A stretch of DNA of 64,000 bases from Minisyncoccota bacterium. Lineage in GTDB: Bacteria > Patescibacteriota > Minisyncoccia > Phycocordibacterales > CSBR16-193. Under the pieces are notes generated by a model. It saw only the letters and a program-made list of their open reading frames with translations, did no database searches and was not told where the DNA came from. Location: assembly GCA_040905715.1 (NCBI GenBank), contig JBBDRA010000003.1:71075-135074 (forward strand), written 5' to 3'. Within the stretch, counting starts at the first letter, position 1. Every line of letters starts with the position of its first letter. The position numbers and the translations under genes were made by a program. This document shows positions 46,757-56,585 of the stretch, piece by piece.

Positions 46757-46759
46757 CGT

Positions 46760-48019
46760 ATGGCCGATCGCACTCAAAAAAACGCTCCCTTGCGAGTTTT
46801 GATGTTCGGCTGGGAATATCCGCCGTATAATTCAGGTGGCCTTGGCGTGGCTTGCAAGGGGTTGGTCGAGGCGCTCGCTGCCGACGGAGTAGAAGTGACG
46901 TTTGTATTGCCAAAGCGTATACCGGTAACTGACACGTCGTGTCGTTTTATTTTCGCTGATGATTCAGAAGAAATGGTAACCAAAGAAGGTACGCCGGTCT
47001 TGTTGTCCGCGTATCTTACCGCTGAAGAGTATCGACTGCGACGTGAGAAGTACGGAGGCAGCGGCGCGTATACGATCTATGAAGCGGCAGCAGAATATGC
47101 CGAGAATGCACGTGCGATCGCTCGTGATCATGTCGGTGAGTTTGATGTAATTCATGCGCACGACTGGCTTACGTTCGGGGCGGGTATTGCTGCAAAAGAA
47201 GAATTAGGCAAACCCCTTGTGGCGCATGTTCACGCTACTGAGTTTGATAGAGGTGGCGGCAATCAGGTCAATGAATACGTATACGGTATAGAGCGAAAAG
47301 GTATCGAAGCGGCTGATCAGGTTGTGAGTGTTTCGGCTTTTACAAAGAATATTCTCACAACTCATTATGGAGTTGACGATCAAAAGATCATGCCAATTCA
47401 TAACGGTATTAATGCGGCGGAATATGCTCCTGACAAAATAGCTACTGATCATGTGGTCCAACTGAAGCGATGCGGATATAACATTGTGTTATTTGTCGGG
47501 CGCCTAACTCTGCAAAAAGGGCCAGACTACTTTGTTCAGACAGCTGCAAGGATTCTTGACCATGAACCGTCTACAATATTCGTTGTTGCGGGTTCCGGCG
47601 ATATGCATCAGCGTATGCTTCGCGATGTTGCGGCTGCAGGTCTAAGTAACAAGTTCATTTTCGCCGGGTTTGCGCGTGGGGCTGATCTTGCTCAGTTATA
47701 CAAGGCGGCGGATCTCTATATTATGCCGTCTGTCTCTGAACCGTTCGGCATCACTCCGCTTGAGTCACTTATTAATGGCACGCCGGTGTTGATATCAAAA
47801 CAGTCCGGAGTGAGTGAGTGTCTCACTAATGCGCTTACGGTTGATTTTTGGGATGTGGAAGAAGCGACCAATAAAGCGGTGTCAGTACTGAGGCACCCCG
47901 GTTTGAAGAAAACGCTGTCAAAGAACGGGTATCAGGATGCGTTGCAACAAACATGGCAAAAGGCCGCGGATAAGGTTCGTGAGCTCTATGCTACAATGGT
48001 GTTAGTCACGAAGAACTAA
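46760..48019 (+). CDS. GT-B glycosyltransferase (GT4/GT5-like; likely alpha-glucan/glycogen synthase-type)
   Basis: The N-terminal 'VLMFGWEYPPYNSGGLGV' and C-terminal 'ADLYIMPSVSEPFGITPLESLINGTPVL' are GlgA/GT4-like, and it lies next to GH57 and GH15 genes. Confidence 0.6.
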   Translation: MADRTQKNAPLRVLMFGWEYPPYNSGGLGVACKGLVEALAADGVEVTFVLPKRIPVTDTSCRFIFADDSEEMVTKEGTPVLLSAYLTAEEYRLRREKYGGSGAYTIYEAAAEYAENARAIARDHVGEFDVIHAHDWLTFGAGIAAKEELGKPLVAHVHATEFDRGGGNQVNEYVYGIERKGIEAADQVVSVSAFTKNILTTHYGVDDQKIMPIHNGINAAEYAPDKIATDHVVQLKRCGYNIVLFVGRLTLQKGPDYFVQTAARILDHEPSTIFVVAGSGDMHQRMLRDVAAAGLSNKFIFAGFARGADLAQLYKAADLYIMPSVSEPFGITPLESLINGTPVLISKQSGVSECLTNALTVDFWDVEEATNKAVSVLRHPGLKKTLSKNGYQDALQQTWQKAADKVRELYATMVLVTKN

Positions 48020-48039
48020 TTCTCTTTCTTTTATTTGTT

Positions 48040-49284
48040 ATGACCTCTGTTTGTTTTTATTTTCAGGTTCACCAACCCTTTCGACTCGATAAACATAGTA
48101 TTTTTGATATTGGAACGGGCAAGCCGTACTTTAGTGCTTCGGACGGAACCGATCTCGATAATCAAGCAATTTTAAACAAGGTGGCGGGGAAATGTTATCG
48201 ACCGATGAACGATCTTCTGCTGGGGCTTTTGGAGCGTCACCCGCAGTTTCGGGTGTCGTTCTCTGTTACAGGCACGGTTCTTGAGCAGCTCGAGCAGTAT
48301 GCTCCGGATGTGCTTGACCAGTTCAAAGAACTTGCGAAAACGGGTCGTGTTGAGTTTCTCAACGAGACATATCATCACTCGCTCGCGTTCATTCACTCGC
48401 CGGAAGAATTTAGGCGGCAGATACAGATGCACACAGATAAGATGAAGGATCTGTTCGGTATTACACCGAAGGTGTTTAGAAATACAGAGCTTATATATAA
48501 CAACGATCTTGCAGATGTCGTACAAGAACTTGGCTTTACCGGTATGCTTGCCGAGGGCGCAGACCATATTCTTGGCTGGCGTTCACCTAACTTCGTGTAT
48601 CGGTCTCTTGGGAAAAAACCGTTGCCGCTTTTACTAAAAAATTACAAGCTGTCTGACGATATCGCGTTTCGATTCGGAGAGAAAGGATGGAAAGAATATC
48701 CACTTTCAGCTGAAAAATTCGCTAGCTGGGTAAACAGCAACCACGGCTCAGGTGATGTTGTTAATCTCTTCATGGACTACGAAACATTTGGCGAGCACCA
48801 ATGGGAAGATACCGGTATCTTTGAGTTTATGAAGGCGTTGCCGACCGAACTGTATCGACACCCGGATACCGTGTTTGCTACTCCCTCTGAAGTGCTTGCC
48901 TCAGCCGATCCGGTCGGTGAGATCGATGCCCCGCATTACGTGTCATGGGCAGATGTTGAGCGAGATCTGTCGGCGTGGCATTCAAATGACATGCAGGCTG
49001 ATGCGCTCCGCAGTGTTTTCGATCTTGAAGAAGACGTTCTTTCCAGTGGTGACGAGCAATTGATCGACGATTGGCGTCGACTGACCACCTCGGATCATTT
49101 TTATTACATGTGTACGAAGTGGTTTGCTGACGGCGACGTTCATACTTATTTTAATCCGTATCAGTCGCCGTACGATGCTTTTATTGCTTACATGAACGTT
49201 ATCCATGATGTACAATTACGGGTAAAGGAGATCCAATCGAAGCGTGAGGCGGGCGAGCCGGTACCGTTGCGCAAGGTTACCTGA
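48040..49284 (+). CDS. Glycoside hydrolase family 57 (alpha-glucan-active)
   Basis: The GH57 N-terminal signature is 'CFYFQVHQPFRLDK', and the size and context fit. Confidence 0.65.
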   Translation: MTSVCFYFQVHQPFRLDKHSIFDIGTGKPYFSASDGTDLDNQAILNKVAGKCYRPMNDLLLGLLERHPQFRVSFSVTGTVLEQLEQYAPDVLDQFKELAKTGRVEFLNETYHHSLAFIHSPEEFRRQIQMHTDKMKDLFGITPKVFRNTELIYNNDLADVVQELGFTGMLAEGADHILGWRSPNFVYRSLGKKPLPLLLKNYKLSDDIAFRFGEKGWKEYPLSAEKFASWVNSNHGSGDVVNLFMDYETFGEHQWEDTGIFEFMKALPTELYRHPDTVFATPSEVLASADPVGEIDAPHYVSWADVERDLSAWHSNDMQADALRSVFDLEEDVLSSGDEQLIDDWRRLTTSDHFYYMCTKWFADGDVHTYFNPYQSPYDAFIAYMNVIHDVQLRVKEIQSKREAGEPVPLRKVT

Positions 49285-49321
49285 TCAAATGAAGGGCTGA
49301 TCTTTTGGCAACCTAACACTA

Positions 49322-49753
49322 TTGCAACCTATGTTCATTAAACACAATTACTCACATCCATTACTTCGCAAGTTTTTGAGTCGTCACGAACCGCAGAATG
49401 TTCGGCCGGTGCGGGCCGGAAGCGCACGCATGCGTCAGTATCTTTCGGTGTGGCGAAGACAGCCTGAAGCTGCTCGTGTGATACGAGAGTGTCAAAGGGT
49501 TGATGAGGAAAATGCGTTCAAAGCGATCGATGGCTCTGCGGTATATACATTGGTAGACCTCCATGAGTTGCTTCGGCGTTTAGAAACAGAACACTACGAG
49601 CATCACACCGGTGGCACATGCAATGATTTTTCCTGTTGGTTGCGTGATGTTTGGAACGAAGAGATCGCGGCTGAACTTATCAGTCGAGCAGCTGCTCAGG
49701 CGGAGGCGGCAGCTATTCTTGAGCGACTATGTCGCCGACGGGGCGAGCTGTAA
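49322..49753 (+). CDS. Hypothetical protein (GC-rich orphan ORF); true start uncertain
   Basis: This is the only long ORF in the 49.3-49.8 kb gap. It has coding-like composition, contains 'HHTGGTCNDFSCW' and has no recognised domain. Confidence 0.3.
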   Translation: MQPMFIKHNYSHPLLRKFLSRHEPQNVRPVRAGSARMRQYLSVWRRQPEAARVIRECQRVDEENAFKAIDGSAVYTLVDLHELLRRLETEHYEHHTGGTCNDFSCWLRDVWNEEIAAELISRAAAQAEAAAILERLCRRRGEL

Positions 49754-49807
49754 AGACAGGGCGGTGTAAAAGTTTCAAAAGAGAAGGTAAAACGACAAAT
49801 GTAATCT

Positions 49808-51796
49808 ATGTCACGCTCATTAGTTCTTGGTAACGGTACAATATTAGTTTGCATGGACGCAGCCGGTCAGGTGCGTGATTTTTACTTCCCGTATGTTGGG
49901 CACGAAAATCATATTGCATCTGGTGACGCGTTGAGCGTGGGTGTGTGGGTTGATAATGAGCTGACCTGGATAGGCGATGAGGGGTGGCACGTAAAGGTTG
50001 ATTACGAAAAAGAGACTTTGACCTCGAATATTGTAGCGTCTAATGACCGCCTTAAGATCAATGTATATTTCCGCGATGTGGTATATAACGAAGACAACGT
50101 TCTTATTCGACACGTCACAGTGGAAAACCTGGGGCACAAACGTGATGTTCGTGTATTTTTTAATCAGCAATTCACTATCAGCGCAACATCGCATGCAGAT
50201 ACGGCATACTATAACCCTAATGAAAAAGCAGTCGTTCACTATAAAGGGCGTCGAGTATTTTTGATAAGCGGACGGGCAAATGGTGAGTCGTTTCAGGATT
50301 ACACGGTCGGTTTATTCGGTGTAGAAGGGAAAGAGGGGACATGGCGTGATGCAGAAGATGGAGAGCTAGCAAAAAATCCTATTGAACACGGATCAGTGGA
50401 TTCAACGCTCGGATTTCATCTTACGTTGAAAAAAGGCGAGTCAACAGAGATCACCTATTGGGTGTTGGTCGGGGAGACATACAAGGAAACAAAACACCTT
50501 CATGAGATGGTCGCTCGTAAAACAGCGAAGCATATTCTCAAGAGCGCTCCTGATTTCTGGCGGGCCTGGGTCAATAAACGTAATTTTACATTCTCCGGGT
50601 TGAGCAGTGACGTTGTCGATCTATTTAAAAAATCGCTATTGATATTGCGTACACATTGTGACGATCGCGGTGGCATACTGGCTTCCGGAGACGGCGCGAG
50701 CGGTATGTACGGCAAGGATACGTATGGGTATGTTTGGCCCCGTGACGGTGCTTTTATTGCGCTCGCGCTTGATCATGCCGGGTACGACGATGTTGCTCAT
50801 CGTTTTGTTGAATTCACGCACGATGTACTGACAGAGAAAGGATATATTTTGCATAAATATCAACCGGACCGATCGCTTGGAAGTTCGTGGCATCCGTGGA
50901 TCCAGGAAGGTGTTGAGCAGTTGGCGATTCAGGAAGACGAGACCGCTTTGCTCCTCGTCATGTTCTGGGAGCACTATAAACTCAATAAAGATCTTGAGTA
51001 TTTGGAGGTAGTGTATAACTCATACGTGAAGCGTATGGCGGATTTTCTTGTTTCGTATCGGGACGAGAAAACCGGCCTGCCGAAGCCGAGTTATGATCTG
51101 TGGGAGGAAAAAAACGGTGTTTCTACATTTACGTGTGCCAGTGTCTTTGGAGCGCTGAACGCAGCCTGCCAATTCGCAACACTTCTTGGAAAAAATGATG
51201 ACGCGAAGCTCTATCAAGAAACAGCGGTCACTGTACGTGAGGGTATTTTGACTCATCTGTACGATAGTGAGGCAGGGTATTTTGTAAAGTTGTTGAATAT
51301 AAATAATGACAAGATCGAATATGATAAAACAGTAGATGCGAGTAGTTTTTACGGGATATTTCGATTTAATATTCTGCCACCGGACGATGAGAGACTGCAA
51401 CGTACGTTTCAGCTCACCCGAAAGGAACTTTCAGATCCGATCCCGACCGGCGGAGTGGCTCGTTACAAAGGAGATACATACTTCACGGTCGATCATCAAT
51501 TACCTGGTAATGCCTGGTTTGTGACAACGTTGTGGTTCGTGCAGTATACGATCTTGAAAGCAAAGACGATCGATGATCTTTCGGGCATTAATGAGGAGCT
51601 TGAGTGGGTCGCTCAGCACGCGCTAGCTTCCGGGGTTCTTTCCGAGCAGATCGACCCGCACACCGGCGAACAGGTTTCGATAGCACCGCTCGCCTGGAGT
51701 CACGCAGAGTATGTCTACACCGTGATCAATTATATGGAAAAACTCGAAGAGCTTGGTGGAAGTGAGGCTACTGCTCCGATCGAAGACGTGATCTAG
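49808..51796 (+). CDS. Glycoside hydrolase family 15-like (glucoamylase/glucodextranase-type) protein
   Basis: 'YGYVWPRDGAFIALAL' matches the GH15 catalytic-domain signature. It has an N-terminal beta-sandwich region followed by an (alpha/alpha)6 region. Confidence 0.65.
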   Translation: MSRSLVLGNGTILVCMDAAGQVRDFYFPYVGHENHIASGDALSVGVWVDNELTWIGDEGWHVKVDYEKETLTSNIVASNDRLKINVYFRDVVYNEDNVLIRHVTVENLGHKRDVRVFFNQQFTISATSHADTAYYNPNEKAVVHYKGRRVFLISGRANGESFQDYTVGLFGVEGKEGTWRDAEDGELAKNPIEHGSVDSTLGFHLTLKKGESTEITYWVLVGETYKETKHLHEMVARKTAKHILKSAPDFWRAWVNKRNFTFSGLSSDVVDLFKKSLLILRTHCDDRGGILASGDGASGMYGKDTYGYVWPRDGAFIALALDHAGYDDVAHRFVEFTHDVLTEKGYILHKYQPDRSLGSSWHPWIQEGVEQLAIQEDETALLLVMFWEHYKLNKDLEYLEVVYNSYVKRMADFLVSYRDEKTGLPKPSYDLWEEKNGVSTFTCASVFGALNAACQFATLLGKNDDAKLYQETAVTVREGILTHLYDSEAGYFVKLLNINNDKIEYDKTVDASSFYGIFRFNILPPDDERLQRTFQLTRKELSDPIPTGGVARYKGDTYFTVDHQLPGNAWFVTTLWFVQYTILKAKTIDDLSGINEELEWVAQHALASGVLSEQIDPHTGEQVSIAPLAWSHAEYVYTVINYMEKLEELGGSEATAPIEDVI

Positions 51797-51941
51797 TCCG
51801 CGTATGTTGTGAGGCGTGTTAGGATAATGAAGAAGATGTTCAAAGAGAGTATGTTGGAGAGTTTGCTAGGGGATAGTTTTGGAAAGAAAACTCGCCTGCC
51901 TGCTGTCTATAGCAGAAGAGGGTTGTAACTAATTAAACTAT

Positions 51942-52310
51942 ATGTATATCATCACTCGTTGGCTACTTATCGCGCTCTCACTCGTTGTCGCTGCTTGGAT
52001 CGTCAGCGGTGTTTCTCTGAATGGGCTTTATATAACACTTATCGCGGCTGCACTTTTGGGTTTGGTGAATGCGATCATTCGACCGGTCCTTATCTTGCTT
52101 ACCTTGCCGATCAATATTGTAACCCTGGGATTGTTTATCTTGGTCATCAATAGCTTCCTGTTCTTGTTTGTCGCAAGTTTTGTTGATGGATTTGAAGTTG
52201 ATGGATTTGGGTCGGCATTTCTCGGGGCGCTCGTGGTTTCGATCGTGAGCTTTCTTGGAAATCGGCTTATTGTCGCCCAGCAAAAACCTCGTAGCGCAGT
52301 ATCGAATTAA
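51942..52310 (+). CDS. YvlD/DUF360 (Phage_holin_4_2 superfamily) small membrane protein
   Basis: It has four TM helices and a conserved 'LGLVNAIIRPVLILLTLPINIVTLGLFILVINSFLF' core. Confidence 0.55.
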   Translation: MYIITRWLLIALSLVVAAWIVSGVSLNGLYITLIAAALLGLVNAIIRPVLILLTLPINIVTLGLFILVINSFLFLFVASFVDGFEVDGFGSAFLGALVVSIVSFLGNRLIVAQQKPRSAVSN

Positions 52311-52345
52311 TAACGGCGAAAAAGCATTTAAAATAAAATCTACGT

Positions 52346-53242
52346 ATGACCACCATCGTTACTCACAGCGCCCGTTTTCATACTGATGATGTGTATGCCG
52401 TTGCTACCCTCGAGCTGATCCTTACAAAGCGAGGCGAAGGGCTTCCTCGTGTTGTGCGAACTCGACAGCAGGAAAAAATAGATGCGGCCGATATTGTTGT
52501 CGATGTTGGCGGGGTATATGATCCGGAGAAAAAAAGATTTGATCATCATCAAGGCGGACTCGAACCGAGGACAAACAGTATTCCCTACGCTTCGTTCGGT
52601 CTTGTGTGGCGTGAGTACGGGGAAGAGCTTGCGGGAAGTTCTGCGGTGGCTGAGGCGATCGAACATAAACTTGTTCTCTCAATTGATGCGAATGATAACG
52701 GAGTAGATCTCTCTGCGTCAGTGCTCGAGGGCATTGAGGTCTACACGCTTGATGATCTGATCGGTTCGTTTGTGCCGGCATATACCGAAAGCGAGCTTGA
52801 TATCGATAAGCAGTTTCGCTATGTGTGTGATATTGCTAAGGCGCATCTTTTACGTGTTATTGCTCACAAACGTGCGGTGGAGGTTGCACGAGAGGCGGTA
52901 GAGGAGGCTTATCAGAAAGCCGCGGACAAACGGATCATCGAGCTTGACTATCCGGTGCCGTGGAAGGAGGTAATAGCGCAGTACTCAGAGCCGCTTTACA
53001 TGGTGTATCCGATCGAGGCTGACGGCAAAGAGCAGTGGTACGTACGCACTGTTCCTGTGGAGAAGAACAGTTTTGATAATCGTAAGGATCTGCCTGCAAG
53101 CTGGGGCGGATTAGAAGGTGAGCCTTTCCGGCAAGAGACTGGTTTGGACGATGCTATTTTTTGCCACAAAGGGCTTTTCTTGGCCGGGGCTTATTCGCAT
53201 GAATCCGCGCTTATACTTGCTCAAAGAGCGGTAGAAGCATGA
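52346..53242 (+). CDS. MYG1/UPF0160-family metal-dependent hydrolase
   Basis: The N-terminal 'VTHSARFHTDDVYAVATL' matches the MYG1 'THSGxFHADE' motif. Confidence 0.6.
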   Translation: MTTIVTHSARFHTDDVYAVATLELILTKRGEGLPRVVRTRQQEKIDAADIVVDVGGVYDPEKKRFDHHQGGLEPRTNSIPYASFGLVWREYGEELAGSSAVAEAIEHKLVLSIDANDNGVDLSASVLEGIEVYTLDDLIGSFVPAYTESELDIDKQFRYVCDIAKAHLLRVIAHKRAVEVAREAVEEAYQKAADKRIIELDYPVPWKEVIAQYSEPLYMVYPIEADGKEQWYVRTVPVEKNSFDNRKDLPASWGGLEGEPFRQETGLDDAIFCHKGLFLAGAYSHESALILAQRAVEA

Positions 53243-53243
53243 T

Positions 53244-53272
53244 AAATGGCTCACAAAGCATGTGAGCCATTT
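53244..53272 (+). terminator. Terminator-like hairpin after the MYG1-like gene
   Basis: aaatggctcaca-aagca-tgtgagccattt is a 12-bp perfect stem. A related hairpin (gctcaca…tgtgagc) lies at 26007-26030. Confidence 0.4.
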
Positions 53273-53354
53273 AATAAGGGTGGTTTTGAGCTTTTTTCGT
53301 TAAAAAATGGCTTAAAAACTGGATACTGACCACTGAATACGCTATACTCCCCGT

Positions 53355-54386
53355 ATGGCATTTGTAGATGAACTCACGGTACATATAAAGGCAGGGAAAG
53401 GAGGGGACGGCGTTGTACGCTGGCTTCGGGAGAAATTCAGGCCCAAGGGCGGCCCGGCTGGCGGTGACGGCGGAGACGGCGGAGATGTGTATATTCGCGC
53501 GGTCCGTGACCTCTCTATCCTGCAGGGGTACACGCACACCAAGGAGTTTCGAGCCGAAGATGGAGGCGATGGAGGCAAAAAAAGTTTGCACGGCAAGAAC
53601 GGTGAGGACCTGACCATCGATCTTCCGATGGGTGCGAAAGTAACGAACCAAACCACGGGCGAGGTTTTTCAGCTTACACGAGCTGACGAGACAATTCGTA
53701 TTCTTGAGGGAGGAAAAGGTGGTCTGGGTAATGAGCAGTTCAAGTCAGCAACGAACCAACAGCCTCAAGAATGGACTCCGGGCACAAAAGGCGAAGACGC
53801 AGATTTTCATATAGAACTAGAGTTGATAGCCGACGTAGGTTTTATCGGACTGCCGAGCGCCGGCAAGTCTACGCTTCTCAATGAACTCACGAATGCGCAC
53901 AGCAAAGTTGCGGCGTATCACTTCACCACGCTTGATCCGCACTTAGGGGAATACCATGGCTATATTTTTGCGGACATTCCCGGACTGATCGAAGGAGCTT
54001 CCGGCGGGCGAGGATTGGGCCATACATTTTTGCGTCATATTAAAAAGACCGCTCTCTTGGTTCACTGTGTCTCGTTTGAAAATGAGGACATGGTGCAGGC
54101 ATACAAGACGATTCGCAACGAACTTGATAAGTATGACGTCTCGCTCACGGATAAACCCGAGCTGATCGTGTTGACCAAAAGCGACGTGGTAGATGAAGGG
54201 ATCGTCAGCGAAATGCTGGCAGCGTTTACAAAGATCGGTCAGCAGGTGATAGCGGTTTCTATTATTGATGAAGCGCTGATCAAAAGGCTTGGTGACACGA
54301 TCGTTGAGTACGTTCGTGACAGTGAACAAGTAGAGGCAAACCATCCTGCTGATAAAGACGATGAGGAAGAGGACGTCATGGAATAG
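53355..54386 (+). CDS. obg: GTPase Obg/CgtA
   Basis: It has the Obg N-terminal glycine-rich fold ('KAGKGGDGVVRWLREKF…GGDGGDGGDVYIRA') and the G1 motif 'GLPSAGKSTLL'. Confidence 0.85.
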   Translation: MAFVDELTVHIKAGKGGDGVVRWLREKFRPKGGPAGGDGGDGGDVYIRAVRDLSILQGYTHTKEFRAEDGGDGGKKSLHGKNGEDLTIDLPMGAKVTNQTTGEVFQLTRADETIRILEGGKGGLGNEQFKSATNQQPQEWTPGTKGEDADFHIELELIADVGFIGLPSAGKSTLLNELTNAHSKVAAYHFTTLDPHLGEYHGYIFADIPGLIEGASGGRGLGHTFLRHIKKTALLVHCVSFENEDMVQAYKTIRNELDKYDVSLTDKPELIVLTKSDVVDEGIVSEMLAAFTKIGQQVIAVSIIDEALIKRLGDTIVEYVRDSEQVEANHPADKDDEEEDVME

Positions 54387-54433
54387 CGGTGTGTTAGAAT
54401 TGGTGAGATAGATATTAGTATGATCACATCTGT

Positions 54434-55879
54434 ATGACCACATATTTTCCGACAATTGGACTAGAGATACACGCGGAATTGAATACGGTGACCAAGATGT
54501 TCTGTAACTCCAAGAATGATCCCGACGCAGAACCAAACACCAACATCTGTCCGGTTTGCATGGCGCATCCCGGTACACTGCCCACGATCAATTTTGAGGC
54601 GGTTAAGCATGTGATCAAAGTCGGTCATGCTGTAGGCGGTACGATCGCTGATTTTACAGAGTTCGATCGAAAGAATTATTTTTATCCGGATATTCCTAAG
54701 GGATATCAGATAAGTCAGTACGAGCATCCGTTGGTTTCGGGTGGCGCGCTACACGATGTTGAGCTTACGCGTATACACCTTGAAGAGGACACGGCAAAAT
54801 CTACTCACGATCAAGGTGATTACAGTCTCGTTGACTTTAACCGAGCAGGGGTGCCGTTGATGGAGCTTGTGACCGAACCGGTTATTACAAGCGGTGAGCA
54901 AGCTGCCGCGTTTGCGAAAGAACTTCAGCTGCTTCTGCGGTATCTTGGGGCAGGTGAGGCTAATATGGAGAAGGGGCAGATGCGCGTCGAGGCGAATATT
55001 TCAGTAAGTGCGGATAAAGATGTTTTTGGTACAAAAGTAGAAGTTAAAAACCTGAATTCGTTTCGGTCAGTTGAAGGAGCTATCGCGTGCGAGATAGAAC
55101 GACACACAAAGGCACTTGAGAGCGGTGGTGAAGAGATCATTCAGGAAACACGTGGCTGGGATGAGCAAAAACAGACCACATTCTCACAGCGACAGAAAGA
55201 AGGATCAGCAGACTATAGGTACTTTCCGGAACCGGACTTGCCGAAGATCTGGATCTCGCGCGTGCCGGAATTTCAGCCGGATAAGATCACGAAGGAAATG
55301 CCCGAGTTGCCATGGGAGCGACGAGAGCGCTACGCAACGAGTTATGATCTCGATACGCAGACGAGCGATATATTTGTGCAGTCACTGCCGTGGGCAGCTT
55401 ACTTTGAAGCGGTCATAAAAGAGATCGGTGAGGACCCAAAACAACAAAAACTGGCGGTGAACTATATCACTTCAGATTTCATTGGCTTGATGAAAAAGGA
55501 CGAGAACGTGCCGTACTTTGCTGAAGTTGACCCGGCGCGTTTTATCGATCCGATACATTTCGCTAAGGTTATAGAGATGGCGGCCGAACAGAAGCTCTCT
55601 TCACGTGGGGCAAAAGACCTGCTTGCTACGCTGTATCGAGAGGGCGGTGATCCTGAGGAGATAGCTGAAAAGGAAGGACTGCTTCAGAAAAGCAACGAAG
55701 GAGACCTTGCGCAGATAGTGAGTGATGTAGTTGTCGAGAATCCGGACGAAGCAGAGTCGTATAAGCAAGGAAATGAGAAAGTGCTTCAGTTTTTGGTCGG
55801 GCAGGGGATGAAGAAGAGTAAAGGTTCGGCGAACCCGCAGGTTTTAAAGGAATTGTTTGAGAAGGAGTTGGCAGCCTAA
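54434..55879 (+). CDS. gatB: Asp-tRNA(Asn)/Glu-tRNA(Gln) amidotransferase subunit B
   Basis: The N-terminal 'PTIGLEIHAELNTVTKMFC…CPVCMAHPGTLP' is diagnostic for GatB, and the C-terminal region is GatB/YqeY-like. Confidence 0.85.
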   Translation: MTTYFPTIGLEIHAELNTVTKMFCNSKNDPDAEPNTNICPVCMAHPGTLPTINFEAVKHVIKVGHAVGGTIADFTEFDRKNYFYPDIPKGYQISQYEHPLVSGGALHDVELTRIHLEEDTAKSTHDQGDYSLVDFNRAGVPLMELVTEPVITSGEQAAAFAKELQLLLRYLGAGEANMEKGQMRVEANISVSADKDVFGTKVEVKNLNSFRSVEGAIACEIERHTKALESGGEEIIQETRGWDEQKQTTFSQRQKEGSADYRYFPEPDLPKIWISRVPEFQPDKITKEMPELPWERRERYATSYDLDTQTSDIFVQSLPWAAYFEAVIKEIGEDPKQQKLAVNYITSDFIGLMKKDENVPYFAEVDPARFIDPIHFAKVIEMAAEQKLSSRGAKDLLATLYREGGDPEEIAEKEGLLQKSNEGDLAQIVSDVVVENPDEAESYKQGNEKVLQFLVGQGMKKSKGSANPQVLKELFEKELAA

Positions 55880-55892
55880 GGAATTGAGATAC

Positions 55893-55920
55893 TTGCGTTG
55901 TTTTGTTTGAATGGTATAAT
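55893..55920 (+). promoter_or_regulatory. Candidate promoter with an extended -10 (TGgTATAAT) for rnpB
   Basis: TG sits at 55912-13 and TATAAT at 55915-20. The -35 is weak (TTGCGT at about 55893). Confidence 0.4.
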
Positions 55921-55923
55921 ATA

Positions 55924-56402
55924 GAAGGTGATATGTTGGACGATCGCTGAGTTTTTTTTGCAAGAACTTAGAGGAAAGTCCGGACACTTATTTCTGTTCC
56001 GTCTTTGACGGATAACGGATCTAAAATGGTAGCGGCTCCGACGCTTCGGCATAGCCGAGGTGCGGAGCTCCGACTCCATCATATGATGGACGTCGGAGGT
56101 AACACCCGTCATCCGCCCCAGGCGGAAGAGGTGCGAGCAGTGACGCTCGATTCCGAAAGGATAGAGATTCCAGGAATGGAATAACCTTTATATAAGCTTG
56201 AGGTTTCCTTAAACGAAATTGAAGGGTGAAACGGCTAAATCCTTACCCAAGTGCAAGGCCGTACTCCAATGCTCTTGTAACAACAAGGTTTCATTGGTTT
56301 GTGCCGCACGAGCTGTCTGGTAACAGACAGCCCAGATAAATGATCGTCCAGGGCCCTCTTTTAGGGGTTCGGACAGAATCCGGCTTACAGACATATCGCT
56401 TC
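55924..56402 (+). ncRNA. rnpB: RNase P RNA (bacterial type A-like) with extra inserted helices
   Basis: Conserved P4 strands are GGAAAGTCCGGAC (5') and ACAGAATCCGGCTTA (3'). An AGGGTGAAACGG (P10/11-like) motif is present. P1 pairs GAAGGTGATATGT with ACATATCGCTTC, and a terminator follows. Confidence 0.75.
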
Positions 56403-56408
56403 AAAACA

Positions 56409-56437
56409 CAAAAACCCGCCGAAAGGCGGGTTTTTGA
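56409..56437 (+). terminator. Rho-independent terminator after rnpB
   Basis: aaaaacccgcc-gaaa-ggcgggtttttg. Confidence 0.8.
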
Positions 56438-56585
56438 GTATCCTTTTGGATGGAATAGAACAAATGAATTTGAATGGTGTAATGTGCCCTGTGTATAAGA
56501 TGCATTGATGAGTTTCCGCTGGTAATATATTATTGATGCATTAACCTTTATCAGTAGCTATTAGTAAGTAGCCGCATTTTAAAAT

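Noticed and set aside
53943-54578. 211-aa minus-strand ORF spanning the obg-gatB junction.
   Set aside because: It overlaps two strongly supported plus-strand genes (Obg and GatB) and has no domain signal, so it is an antisense artefact.
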